DNA of 64,000 nucleotides from Patescibacteria group bacterium (GCA_028871115.1 JAGWOD010000001.1:4736-68735); one strand, 5' to 3'; positions 48,500 to 58,408 are shown, counted from the stretch's first letter. The notes: generated from the letters alone by a model not told the origin. Numbers and translations: made by a program.

Positions 48500-49516
48500 T
48501 CACCAATCCAGTTCTCCAGTCTTGTATTCAGTAACTCTTGTCTCGAAGAAATTCTTTTCTTTCGGGAGGTCCATGATCTCGCTCATCCAAGGAAATGGAT
48601 TGTCCTTATGGTAAAAGCGTTCAAGACCGATGCGCTCAAGGCGGCGGTCAGCAACATGCTCAACGTATTGCTTTACCGATCCAGGGGTAAGGCCAAGAAT
48701 GCCACGAGGAAGAGCGTCATCTGCGTACTGCTTCTCAAGTTCGACGCCACGCTTGATGTTGTCTGTAAGCGTCTGCTTAAATTCTGGAGTCCAAATCTCA
48801 GGGTTTTCTGCAACGATGGTATTGATAAGATCTGCTCCGAAGGCTAAATGTACTGATTCATCACGCAAAATGAATTGGAATTGCTCGCCAACGCCTACCA
48901 TGCGATTTTTACGCAGCATGGAAAGCATCATCGCAAATCCGGCATAGAAGAAGATACCTTCCATAATGACGTAATAGCCAACCAAATCGTGGACAAATTT
49001 TTTGACGTTTGCTTCTCCCTCGGTGGAGAAATTAGGATCAAACACCGACTTAGTCATTTCAACAACAAAATCGTCCTTTGCTTTGATTGAAGGGATGGTG
49101 TTGTACATGTTGTAAATTTCATCGGGATTGAGACCGAGTGTATCGCAGCAATAGATGAAGGTATCAGTATGCACGGCTTCTTCATATGATTGGCGCAACA
49201 AATATTGGCGGCTTTCTGGATTCGTGACGTGGCGGTAAATAGCCAGCACAATATTGTTTGCGGTGAGCGATTCTGCGGTCGAGAAAAATCCGAGGTTCCA
49301 AAGAATCATACGACGCTCATCTTCGGAGAGTGCACCTGGTTTTTTCCACAACTCCACGTCCTGTTGCATAGAAACCTCCTCGGGTACCCAATTGTTAGCA
49401 ACTCCCTTTTTGTAGTGCGTACGCGCCCAGGGGTACTTCATGGGAAGTATCTTATTGGGATCCGTTGAGCGACCGTTGATAATTCCGCCTCGAATCTTGT
49501 CGCTTTTCTCCGCCAT
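48500..49516 (-). CDS. nrdB: Ribonucleotide reductase class Ia beta subunit (R2)
   Basis: Ferritin-like di-iron ligands (EEAVH...ESVHL/E..H) and a conserved C-terminus. Confidence 0.85.
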   Translation of the reverse strand: MAEKSDKIRGGIINGRSTDPNKILPMKYPWARTHYKKGVANNWVPEEVSMQQDVELWKKPGALSEDERRMILWNLGFFSTAESLTANNIVLAIYRHVTNPESRQYLLRQSYEEAVHTDTFIYCCDTLGLNPDEIYNMYNTIPSIKAKDDFVVEMTKSVFDPNFSTEGEANVKKFVHDLVGYYVIMEGIFFYAGFAMMLSMLRKNRMVGVGEQFQFILRDESVHLAFGADLINTIVAENPEIWTPEFKQTLTDNIKRGVELEKQYADDALPRGILGLTPGSVKQYVEHVADRRLERIGLERFYHKDNPFPWMSEIMDLPKEKNFFETRVTEYKTGELDW

Positions 49517-49597
49517 GAAATTTGTATATTGTCTGTTAATAAAGCGTCTTCGCGTAACGCCTACCGATACTACCCTCTGTCACAATGAGCTCAAATC

Positions 49598-52500
49598 TTA
49601 CGCACTACAAGACTCGCACACCTCGCCAATTTGCTCGACACGAGTATTGGGCGCAGATGCTGTAGTGGTCGACGCAGAGAATTTCGGAATACCAGAAGCA
49701 CGAGGTTCTTCTTTAAGAGAAGTAGCACGCGGAGCTTCGTTCTTGGTTTCTATTTCGCGACGTAGTTCCTCAAGAGGAGAAAGTGTAGATGCGCGGACCG
49801 CAACTTTTTCCTCAATCGAATCTGCAAATATAGAAGAGGGAACCGATACTGCCACCGTCTCTTCCATGATGATAGCCGCCGCAGGCAGGGGAGTGATTGC
49901 AGCAGGAGAATCAGATTTTGAAGTACCTCCGAATTTTTTAAGATTAACCGTCGCTTTCTCTACGCGAGAAGCTCCAAGCGAGCGCAAATAATACGTGGTC
50001 TTGAGGCCAAGAGCCCACGCATACTGATATATTTCGGAGAGGACTTTGCCCGAAGTGCCTCCATAAAAGATGTTAAGCGACTGGCTTTGGTCTATCCAAC
50101 GGCCCCGATAGGCTGCTGCTTTAATGAGCCACTGGGACTCGATCTCGAAGGTCTCTTTATACTTCTCCCGAATTGCAGAAGGTATCTCGGCAATCTGTCG
50201 GATGGCTCCATCATAGTATTTTATCTTTTCGAGCATATCCTCATTCCAGAGTTCGAGTTTTTTCAGATCTTCAACGAGATATTCGTTAACCACCATGAAG
50301 TCACCGGCCATGTTGCTCTTCACATAGAGGTTCTTGTATATGGGCTCTATGGTTGGATAGCAACCCGCAATATTGGCAGTTGAAGCGGTGGGAGCGTTTG
50401 CCATAGTGTTGGAATTTCGCATGCCCCATTTGCGTATCGCTTCACGCACAAGACGCCAATCGAGAGTCTCGTGTCGAGGAACATCGATCTTCATTCCACG
50501 CTCCTGTTCAAGGAGCGCGATGGTGTCTTGAGGAAGGATGCCGCGATCCCATTTGGAACCTGCGTAGGTCTCATAGGTGCCGCGCTCGCGTGCAAGAAGC
50601 GAGGAAGAAAGAATGGCGTGGTACGCGATCGTTTCCATGCTCTCATCAGAGAAACGCACGGCTTCCTCAGAATCAAAATTGATATTCATGAGATAGAGAG
50701 CGTCTTGAAGGCCACGCAACCCGAGACCTACCGGACGATGCTTCATGTTGGACGCCCGTGTCTTTTGGGTTGGGTAGTAATTTATATCGATGACATTGTC
50801 GAGCATACGCATCGCGACGGGTATGACTTTTGCAATGCGTTCTCGACTCCAGACTCCCTTCTCTACAAAGCGGGCCATATTGATTGATCCGAGGTTGCAT
50901 ACTGCGGTTTCGGTGGCGGAAGAATTGAGCGTTATCTCCGTGCAGAGATTTGAAGAATGAACAACGCCTACATGATCCTGTGGCGAGCGTATGTTTGAAG
51001 GGTCTTTCCAGGTCACCCACGGATGCCCTGTTTCAAAAAGCATGGTGAGATTTTTCTTCCAGAGATCTGCTGCGCGGATGCGCTTGTGATGAGGAATAGT
51101 TCCTGCTTCCGCAGCTTTTTCATAGCGCGCGTATGCCTCTTCAAATTTTCGGCCATAGAGATCATGGAGGTCAGGCACATCGGAAGGGGAGAACAGAGTC
51201 CAATACCCATCCTCGGACAGACGCTTCATAAAAAGATCTGGTATCCATACAGCAGTATTGAGATCATGAGCTCGGCGCCGCTCGTCTCCGGTATTTTTAC
51301 GCAACTCCATGAAATCCTCGATATCGAGATGCCAGTATTCAAGATATACGGCTGCCGCACCGCGCCGTCGGCCGCTTCTATTGATGGAAATAGTTACATC
51401 ATTGGCTATTTTGAGGAACGGTATAACTCCCTGGCTTTCTACACCAGTTGTTTTAACGAGCGATCCCGTTGCACGCACGGGAGTCCAGTCGGTGCCGAGT
51501 CCTCCTGCGTATTTGAGTAGCTGAGCCCCATCGGAAAATTCGTTGAAAATCATGTTCAGATCATCAGGCACGGTGGAAAGAAAACACGATGAAAGCTGGG
51601 GCTTTACGAGGCCCGCGTGGTAGAGCGTCGGAGAAGATGGTGTGTAATACATCGACGACATTATTTCGTAGAACTCTATAGCGTGGAGTTCCCGTTCCTC
51701 TTGAGTCTTTTCGGAAAGTGCCGTTCCCATCGCCACGCGCATCCAAAAGATCTGAGGCGTCTCAAGAAGTTCTTTTGTACCGTGGACTTTCGAGAGGTAA
51801 TTTGCTTGAAGTGTCTGAAGGCCGAGGTATTTAAACTCGAGATCCCTCTCAACGACTAGAGCATCAGCCATGCGCTTCAAATTGAATGAAAGAAGTTCTT
51901 TGTCGAACTGACCAACTTCAACTCCACGTCCTATGGAGCGGATAAATGCGGCGCGATACTCTTGATCAAGTTTTTCATAATCAATGTCTCCGAGAACGCT
52001 GCGGTACATCGACTGCAGAACAAGTCGTGCCGCTACAAACGAATACGCCGGGTCTCGCTCGATGAAGGAGCGTGTCACCATGACGAGCACTTCATGAATA
52101 TCTTTGCTCTTCATGCCCTCGTACATCTCTTGTCGTACTTTCGAAATAACAGCAGGAACATCGATGTCGTGTTCGTAGCCGATTGCCGCGCGCAGAAGTG
52201 TCCGCGTAAGTTTGCTCTCACTGAAGGCCTCGCGCGCTCCGCTGCGCTTTTCTATGAGGAGTGCGTTCTCGACGATCTTCTCAGCAACTTCCTGACGCTT
52301 CTCTTCTCGGATTTTTTCGTGTTCATAGCGATAAATGATGTAGGATTTGGCAACGCCAAAGTACCCTCGTTCCATGAGGGCGTTTTCGACCAAGTCCTGT
52401 ATGTTCTCAACGGTTGGAAAGAAGGCCGTATTAGCAAATTTTCCGTCAATAAGGGTCGTAACAGCCCTGGTTATATCAAATGCATCCTTCTCATGTGCAT

Positions 52501-52606
52501 CGCCGAGCACTGCGGCGAATGCTTTTTGTACAGCGACGGTAATTTTATCCGGATGGAAGTCAACGATTGTCCCGTTGCGCTTCTTTATCTTCTGCGTAGT
52601 GGCCAT
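49598..52606 (-). CDS. nrdA: Ribonucleotide reductase class Ia alpha subunit (R1) with an N-terminal ATP-cone and a C-terminal CxxC tail
   Basis: ATP-cone (KRNGTIVDFHPDKI), catalytic core (NLCTEI, PTAST) and a C-terminal CESCS. Confidence 0.9.
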   Translation of the reverse strand: MATTQKIKKRNGTIVDFHPDKITVAVQKAFAAVLGDAHEKDAFDITRAVTTLIDGKFANTAFFPTVENIQDLVENALMERGYFGVAKSYIIYRYEHEKIREEKRQEVAEKIVENALLIEKRSGAREAFSESKLTRTLLRAAIGYEHDIDVPAVISKVRQEMYEGMKSKDIHEVLVMVTRSFIERDPAYSFVAARLVLQSMYRSVLGDIDYEKLDQEYRAAFIRSIGRGVEVGQFDKELLSFNLKRMADALVVERDLEFKYLGLQTLQANYLSKVHGTKELLETPQIFWMRVAMGTALSEKTQEERELHAIEFYEIMSSMYYTPSSPTLYHAGLVKPQLSSCFLSTVPDDLNMIFNEFSDGAQLLKYAGGLGTDWTPVRATGSLVKTTGVESQGVIPFLKIANDVTISINRSGRRRGAAAVYLEYWHLDIEDFMELRKNTGDERRRAHDLNTAVWIPDLFMKRLSEDGYWTLFSPSDVPDLHDLYGRKFEEAYARYEKAAEAGTIPHHKRIRAADLWKKNLTMLFETGHPWVTWKDPSNIRSPQDHVGVVHSSNLCTEITLNSSATETAVCNLGSINMARFVEKGVWSRERIAKVIPVAMRMLDNVIDINYYPTQKTRASNMKHRPVGLGLRGLQDALYLMNINFDSEEAVRFSDESMETIAYHAILSSSLLARERGTYETYAGSKWDRGILPQDTIALLEQERGMKIDVPRHETLDWRLVREAIRKWGMRNSNTMANAPTASTANIAGCYPTIEPIYKNLYVKSNMAGDFMVVNEYLVEDLKKLELWNEDMLEKIKYYDGAIRQIAEIPSAIREKYKETFEIESQWLIKAAAYRGRWIDQSQSLNIFYGGTSGKVLSEIYQYAWALGLKTTYYLRSLGASRVEKATVNLKKFGGTSKSDSPAAITPLPAAAIIMEETVAVSVPSSIFADSIEEKVAVRASTLSPLEELRREIETKNEAPRATSLKEEPRASGIPKFSASTTTASAPNTRVEQIGEVCESCSA

Positions 52607-52988
52607 GGTCGCCGTGAAAAGTTAGTTATTAATAAGTGCTTGCTCTCGGACTTGTTATTATACTCCTCCCACTTCCACTCGGCTCGTTTTTTTCATCATC
52701 AGGACTGTGTACAAATAACAACAGCACATTTTTTAGCCCCTCCGCAACGGGACTCGTAAAAAATGCTGCGCCCCAGGCATTTTTTGATGTATTTTTTCAT
52801 AAGTCTCAATCATTCATGATCATCAAAACATCACAATAGTCTCTAAAATGTAGGGATCATCCCACCGCCACTAATTTCCTCTACAGCTTGATTACCTCGT
52901 ATATAAAACATCCCTTTCCAATTGGTCTCTGGTATTTTTTTTATATGCGAGTATGCTGAATTCGTACTGCACTCAAGCGCACTAGGTT

Positions 52989-53528
52989 ATGCTTATCCAC
53001 CGAAGAGAGAAAGAAGATCAGAACATCTGGAATTTCTTTTTTAGCGTTCTTTTTGGGATACTTCTTGCCCTTTCGTGTTGGCAAATATACCTAACGTACG
53101 GCTTTTTCCCGCAAGGGGTGCCTGTATTTGACGCTGTACTAATGGCTCTTGCCGTGTTGCGTATCACGCGGCTTCTCGTCTATGACAAAATAACGCGCTT
53201 CGCGCGCGAGTGGTTCCTTCAAAAACGTACTGTAGTCGAGAATGGGAAGGAATTCATTGAGCTCAAAGAATTTCAGAAAGGATTCCGACATACTATCCAC
53301 GATCTTCTTCAGTGCCCGTGGTGTGTGGCCGTCTGGGCGTCACTTGTCGTTGTGTTTTGTTATTTCGAATTTACCTGGAGTTGGTATGTCATCTTCATGC
53401 TCGCTGTCGCCGGGGTAGGGTCGTTCCTTCAAGTGAGTGCGAATGCGATTGGTTGGTACGCTGAAGCGAAAAAAACTGCAACGCTCGAGATGAGACGCTC
53501 CAAGACTATTGAAACCGGACGGGAATAG
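52989..53528 (+). CDS. DUF1360-family integral membrane protein
   Basis: ITRLLVYDKI...LQCPWCVAVWASL pattern with 4 TM helices. Confidence 0.6.
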   Translation: MLIHRREKEDQNIWNFFFSVLFGILLALSCWQIYLTYGFFPQGVPVFDAVLMALAVLRITRLLVYDKITRFAREWFLQKRTVVENGKEFIELKEFQKGFRHTIHDLLQCPWCVAVWASLVVVFCYFEFTWSWYVIFMLAVAGVGSFLQVSANAIGWYAEAKKTATLEMRRSKTIETGRE

Positions 53529-53985
53529 AGGCCGATTGATTCCGCGAGGGATCACCGGAAGAATTTTTATTTTCTAAAATGAGCGTGCCGGTCGCTGTTT
53601 GTGGCTGTGTGAAGTTGAGTGTTGCACTAAATGAGATAAACTTGCTGCTTGTTGAGTTCTCCTCAGCATTTGCGGACGTTTGCACAATGATATTGCCGTT
53701 TGCATCCTCGAGTATCACAGGAAACTGACCTTCTACATACCAAGAGCTCGTAGCTTCTCCATTGACTATGAGAGGGGAGCTGACCAGGTCTCCGGCATTG
53801 GGAGAAGAGATAGAAATACTCGCTTCAGCGTTTGCTCCGGAAAAAGTAGTAGTCGCAGGAAACTCTGAAGTAGTGCTAGCCATTACTCCTCCTTGGGGTA
53901 GGGGTGCGCCAGGACGCAAGACAAAGTAGGATACTCCTCCTGCGAGGATGACAAGAATGAGGATGATAAACCAGTCTTTATTCAT
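53506..53985 (-). CDS. Membrane-anchored Gmad2/GerMN-like Ig-fold protein
   Basis: N-terminal TM, then a Ser/Thr-rich linker, then a domain resembling the Gmad2 family. It is the last gene of the GH130 operon, with a 4-nt overlap. Confidence 0.5.
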   Translation of the reverse strand: MNKDWFIILILVILAGGVSYFVLRPGAPLPQGGVMASTTSEFPATTTFSGANAEASISISSPNAGDLVSSPLIVNGEATSSWYVEGQFPVILEDANGNIIVQTSANAEENSTSSKFISFSATLNFTQPQTATGTLILENKNSSGDPSRNQSASIPVRFQ

Positions 53986-54797
53986 AGCGCTTCCTTTAGG
54001 TGAGGACGCTTTTGAGTGGTAACGCTTTCATGCGTAGATAGTGCCTCTAAAATGCTCTTGATCTTTAAGGCCGTTTCAGCAACCGAAGAGACTTGGAATG
54101 TTGGTATTTCTGTTTCTTTTACCACTTCATCGTTGCCGCCAGGGTAGAGCGCATCACCAACGTAGAGCATCTCACGTATTGGGATAGCAGTAATTTGAGC
54201 GAGTTTTTGGATACCATACGCTTTGGTAATGCCTTTGCGGACAATATCGATGGTCGTCATGCCTCCGATACGGATTGTAAAATCGGGAAGAAGCGGTTGG
54301 AGTGCTTCTTGGAGAGAAGTTCGTTTGCGACGCTCAGGATCCCATTTTTCTTTTTCAGAAATGGGTGCCTGTTGTCCGAGCGCAGAGAAAGATATTTCAG
54401 AACCACGATCTTCGATTTGTTCTCCCCATGTGGTAGTGATATCTCTCTCGACCTCGGTTGAAGCGAGTGCATGAGTGAGAGCATTTCGAATCGCTTCTTT
54501 TTCTTCCGGGGAGAGTTCAAGATCATAGGAGGCATGCCAGGCGCCCTCCACGTACTGGTAGAGCTCAGATGCATTTGTTGGGAAGAGATACAACCGCTCG
54601 AGACGAGCATCGGAGGGTATGCTCGCAAGAAATTGTTTTTGAAACTGCGGATATGATCCTCCCGACATCACAGCGATGGGTAGTTTCTCAAGAAGTTTCC
54701 CGAGAAGATCACCCATGTCCTTCCCGAGTAGCTGCTTACTTTCTGCAAGCGTTCCATCCAGATCAAACGCTACAAGTTTCGGCAGTGTGCTCTTCAT
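53982..54797 (-). CDS. HAD-IIB family hydrolase, eukaryotic-type phosphomannomutase-like
   Basis: VAFDLDGTLAES (HAD motif I), IAVMSGGSYPQFQKQF (PMM-like) and YVGDAL...GGND (motif IV). Confidence 0.65.
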   Translation of the reverse strand: MKSTLPKLVAFDLDGTLAESKQLLGKDMGDLLGKLLEKLPIAVMSGGSYPQFQKQFLASIPSDARLERLYLFPTNASELYQYVEGAWHASYDLELSPEEKEAIRNALTHALASTEVERDITTTWGEQIEDRGSEISFSALGQQAPISEKEKWDPERRKRTSLQEALQPLLPDFTIRIGGMTTIDIVRKGITKAYGIQKLAQITAIPIREMLYVGDALYPGGNDEVVKETEIPTFQVSSVAETALKIKSILEALSTHESVTTQKRPHLKEAL

Positions 54798-56722
54798 GTG
54801 AGCGTTTTTGGCGCGAGGATACTAAGCAGTCGCTTGAGTGAAAATGTTGCTACTCCTACTACGGAATCGGCTGCTCCGTAGTATACGAAGAGTGAATCTT
54901 TCTTGAGCGTCATGCCGCAGGAGAACACGACCTTGCGCACCTGACCCTCGAGCTCATAGGATTCAGTCGGTTCGAAAATGGTATCGGCGGTGCGGGCAAG
55001 AACGATCGTGGGGTTCTTTAGATCAAGGAGTGCTGCGCCCAGCCGGTAGGTACCGGTGCGAGATACGCCGTGATAGATGAGAAGCCATCCTGCTTTTGTC
55101 TTAAGTGGCGGTCCAGCGATCCCCACCTTCTCGCTGTCCCACATTCCTTTGCGTGGGGAGATGAGTTCAATGCAGCGGGAGAGGCGTTCTTTGCTGAAAT
55201 CAAGCGAATCAAGAAGATCTGCGCACACGCTGCCTGCCGTATCAACTCGATGCATCAGCATAAATTTATTCCCAATTTTCTCCGGGAACACGCACATATC
55301 CTTGTCATGGACCATATCTGGCGTCACGAGCTGGGGGGGACTCCATTTGGAAAAGCGCTGTGCTACGAAATCCTTCACCGCTATGGAGGAAAGAGCCGCA
55401 TGCCAGGGGTGTACCCCGTCGTAGGCAGTGTAGCCAAGATAAATTCGCTCACCGATTCGGGTGAGTCGGGGATCCTCACATCCTGAGTTAACTCCCGCCG
55501 CCCGTTTCATTTCAAAATCTGCCCGCGGAGCATAGGCAGGCTCCGGAAGGCGTTTAGAGATGTGCACGCCGTCCTTGCTCGAGGCATATCCGAAAGTCGA
55601 CGTATTATCATTGGACATTGCGCGATAGAGAATGTGCACGGTTCCTCCTATCTGTACCGCTGCGGGATTAAACGTCGCCTTCTTTTCCCATGAGTGGTTA
55701 GCATCGGGGCGTATGATGGGATTTTCTTTCGCGCGTATTGCGAATTTTGCTCTTCGCATAGGTATGAGGGCAGTGAGGAGGTCATTCAGTGAAAGGGAGA
55801 ATTTTGCGCAGACGGTATCAGCGGATCCGTAATAGACGTCGAGCCGGTCCTCTTCCTCAAGTAGTGCTCCGGTCGGGAAGACAATATCGGGGGTCACTCC
55901 GTAGCGCTCATAGATTTCTTCTGGAACAAGGATGGGACCCTTCGTCCGTCCAATGATAGTGCGCGGATCATCGAGATCGAGAAGCACCGCTTCGATACCG
56001 AAGACTCGCTCGCCGCCGCCGAAGTAATTTTGGATATACGAATAGATGAGAAGCCACCCATCCTTCGTGCGTATTGGCGGCGCGCCTACTTCTACGTGGT
56101 CATGGTCAGAACGCAGGGGATTGAGAGTATGCATGGAGAGATCGGCATGCCATGCTTCCCAGAATTTCTGATCCCACAGTTCTTCAAGTCGGTCGCACTG
56201 CACTATGGCGATGCGTGCTGGCGGCTCGTCGGTGTGCGCGGTGAGCACTGCTGTTATTTTGCCCCCCACGCGCTTCGGGAATAGCGCCATTGCTTTGGCA
56301 TTAAAGGGAGTTACAAGGTGCTTTTCGTCGATGTGCTCGAGATCCCTTGAGAGCGCCACTCCTATCTTGATGTTGCCCGCTCCAAATGGCACACCGCCGA
56401 GCGCAGTGTAGAAAATAATGTAGGTTCCCTCAAAATATGCGACACGAGGATCCTCACAGCCAAACCGGTCCCACTCTTCCGAGGGGGTGATCAGTTGTCG
56501 GCGTCTGCTAAATGATTCTCCATCTTGGGACTCTGCCACTCCGATCGTTGAGATGCCTGCGGGTGTCATGAGCGCATCGGGATTACCGAGCGCTCGGTAG
56601 AGAAGATACGTCGATCCTCCTTTCTTGATTGGGCAGCCATTGAAAGTCCCGCGGGCTTCCCAGGGGCGGGCATCGCTCGGCATGAGAAGCGGATTGCGGG
56701 GACTGCGGCGGGCGATAAACAT
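54794..56722 (-). CDS. Tandem double GH130-family glycoside phosphorylase (two beta-mannoside-phosphorylase-like modules fused)
   Basis: The GH130/DUF377 pattern occurs twice: FNGCPI..YLLYRALG...GVAESQDGESF...CEDPRV, and FNPAAVQIGGTVHILYRAM...GYASSKDGVHI...CEDPRL. Confidence 0.7.
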   Translation of the reverse strand: MFIARRSPRNPLLMPSDARPWEARGTFNGCPIKKGGSTYLLYRALGNPDALMTPAGISTIGVAESQDGESFSRRRQLITPSEEWDRFGCEDPRVAYFEGTYIIFYTALGGVPFGAGNIKIGVALSRDLEHIDEKHLVTPFNAKAMALFPKRVGGKITAVLTAHTDEPPARIAIVQCDRLEELWDQKFWEAWHADLSMHTLNPLRSDHDHVEVGAPPIRTKDGWLLIYSYIQNYFGGGERVFGIEAVLLDLDDPRTIIGRTKGPILVPEEIYERYGVTPDIVFPTGALLEEEDRLDVYYGSADTVCAKFSLSLNDLLTALIPMRRAKFAIRAKENPIIRPDANHSWEKKATFNPAAVQIGGTVHILYRAMSNDNTSTFGYASSKDGVHISKRLPEPAYAPRADFEMKRAAGVNSGCEDPRLTRIGERIYLGYTAYDGVHPWHAALSSIAVKDFVAQRFSKWSPPQLVTPDMVHDKDMCVFPEKIGNKFMLMHRVDTAGSVCADLLDSLDFSKERLSRCIELISPRKGMWDSEKVGIAGPPLKTKAGWLLIYHGVSRTGTYRLGAALLDLKNPTIVLARTADTIFEPTESYELEGQVRKVVFSCGMTLKKDSLFVYYGAADSVVGVATFSLKRLLSILAPKTLT

Positions 56723-56734
56723 ACGTTTGATTGA

Positions 56735-57931
56735 TTATACTGCAGGCGCGAGGACGGCATGTTCATCGTGCATAAGCGATCGCAGAAAATTCTCAAGAGG
56801 AGCGGTCGCAACATTAACGGTCTTGTCGCCTCCGCCGTAGTAGAGGAAGAGCGTCCCGTCTTTGATCACCGCGCCTGAGCCGTACACGACCCCGGGCTTC
56901 CAGTCGTTTTCATAGGGCATATCAGGAGTGAGTATAGGCTTCGAAGAGCGAAAAAGTATTTTAGTGGGCTCCTCAAGATCAAGAAGCATCGCGCCTATGT
57001 TGTATCCAATGTGCACATGGGCGGGATCCATCCCGTGATAAAAAAGAAGCCAACCACGCGAGGTTTTAAGTGGCGGGGCACCCGTGCCACGCACCCACTT
57101 ATCCCAGTGATGGGGTCGCCCTTTGGTGCGATCATAATGGCTTTCTATATATTCTCCGCGCTCAAAGCGGGAGAGATCGTCAACATATTCAACTTCGACC
57201 TCGGGGGCCACACTATGGAGAATTGCATATTTTCCATGGATCTTCTCAGGAAATAGTACCCAGTTTTTATGAATAGAGCCTGGCGGAGAGAGGGGAACGG
57301 GCTTGTTCCAGCGCCACGTCTTTGCAAGGAGCGCATCTGCATGCAGCGAGGTGAGCATCATCCGAAGACTTTCCCAGCCGTTGAAGGCCGAATAGGTCAT
57401 ATACACAACCCCTTCAATCTCGACAGCGCGCGGATCCTCGCTTCCTCCCCAGCCACCGCCTGAAGCGTAGAGCGCAGGGTTGTAGCGCAGTTCCGAACGC
57501 GCAGGGGAGGTGAATGGATTTCGAAACTTCGATAGCAAATGCTCTATGTCGGCAATAAAAACGGGGTGAGGAAGACGTTCATCAAAGTGAACTCCATCAG
57601 CGCTTGAAGCATACCCGACGCGGGAAATTCCATCCTCACCAAGCGCGCGATAAAGCAAGTGGACTCGATCGCCAACATACACCGCTGCGGGGTTGAATAC
57701 CGCCTGATTCTCCCAGGCATGTTCAGGGAGGGGTCCGAGGACGGGATTTTCTCGAGCACGAGCCAGATGGGGCGTCCGTCCCCGAAATGAGTGTCTCGCG
57801 ACATAGCCGATTGCGAAGAGAATGAGAAAAAGTATGAATCCGGCAATAACAATCCACACATTGCCTAGCGCAATGCCAGAAAGAATCACCGCCGCTGCGA
57901 CTATTTCCTCCATACCAATCTTATTGCGCAC
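56735..57931 (-). CDS. Membrane-anchored GH130-family glycoside phosphorylase
   Basis: N-terminal TM helix (IVAAAVILSGIALGNVWIVIAGFILFLILFAIG), then a GH130 pattern (FNPAAVYVGDRVHLLYRALG...GYASSADGVHF...SEDPRAV). Confidence 0.7.
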   Translation of the reverse strand: MRNKIGMEEIVAAAVILSGIALGNVWIVIAGFILFLILFAIGYVARHSFRGRTPHLARARENPVLGPLPEHAWENQAVFNPAAVYVGDRVHLLYRALGEDGISRVGYASSADGVHFDERLPHPVFIADIEHLLSKFRNPFTSPARSELRYNPALYASGGGWGGSEDPRAVEIEGVVYMTYSAFNGWESLRMMLTSLHADALLAKTWRWNKPVPLSPPGSIHKNWVLFPEKIHGKYAILHSVAPEVEVEYVDDLSRFERGEYIESHYDRTKGRPHHWDKWVRGTGAPPLKTSRGWLLFYHGMDPAHVHIGYNIGAMLLDLEEPTKILFRSSKPILTPDMPYENDWKPGVVYGSGAVIKDGTLFLYYGGGDKTVNVATAPLENFLRSLMHDEHAVLAPAV

Positions 57932-58290
57932 TACGTCCGTCCGTACCGGTCTTTCAGTCGAACTATGTCTTCTTCATCAAAATCTCCAAAGGAGATCTCA
58001 AGCATCCACAGATCATGCTCGAGTGCTTCTGCCCGGTGTGCGGTTCCTCGTGGAATAAAAAATTCCTTTTGGGCATGGACTTTTTGAGTGCTGTCCCCAA
58101 TAGTCACCACACCTTCTCCGCTCAGTACATGCCAGAACTCGTCTCGCTTGGCGTGTGTCTGAAGGCTCAGGGCTTCACCGCTGCGTACTGAAAGAAGTTT
58201 TACGGTTGAGGGAGTATTTAAGGTGAATTGTTCGAAAAACCCCCAAGGCCGCTCCTCTTTTTTATAAAAAGGGAGACTTTCAGTACTCAT
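57931..58290 (-). CDS. Cupin-type mannose-6-phosphate isomerase (type II PMI domain, standalone)
   Basis: ERPWGFFEQF...SLQTHAKRDEFWHVLSGEG...IPRGTAHRAEAL...DIVRLKDRYGR matches the PMI cupin of ManC-type enzymes. The start is placed at internal Met 17, and the ORF-track start is 58338. Confidence 0.65.
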   Translation of the reverse strand: MSTESLPFYKKEERPWGFFEQFTLNTPSTVKLLSVRSGEALSLQTHAKRDEFWHVLSGEGVVTIGDSTQKVHAQKEFFIPRGTAHRAEALEHDLWMLEISFGDFDEEDIVRLKDRYGRT

Positions 58291-58408
58291 TAATTTCAGT
58301 ATATGCCTAGAATTTTCGCAGAACCCTAAAAAAGCCAAGAACTGTGCACAACTTATGTGCTCAAGTTGAAGTTCTCCTCAACTCAAAGAGGAAAAGTGGC
58401 AACTAATC

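Noticed and set aside
52607-52988. NrdR boxes upstream of nrdA
   Set aside because: No pair of 16-bp acaCwAtATaTwGtgt-like palindromes could be identified by eye. It is left as an open question in the findings.
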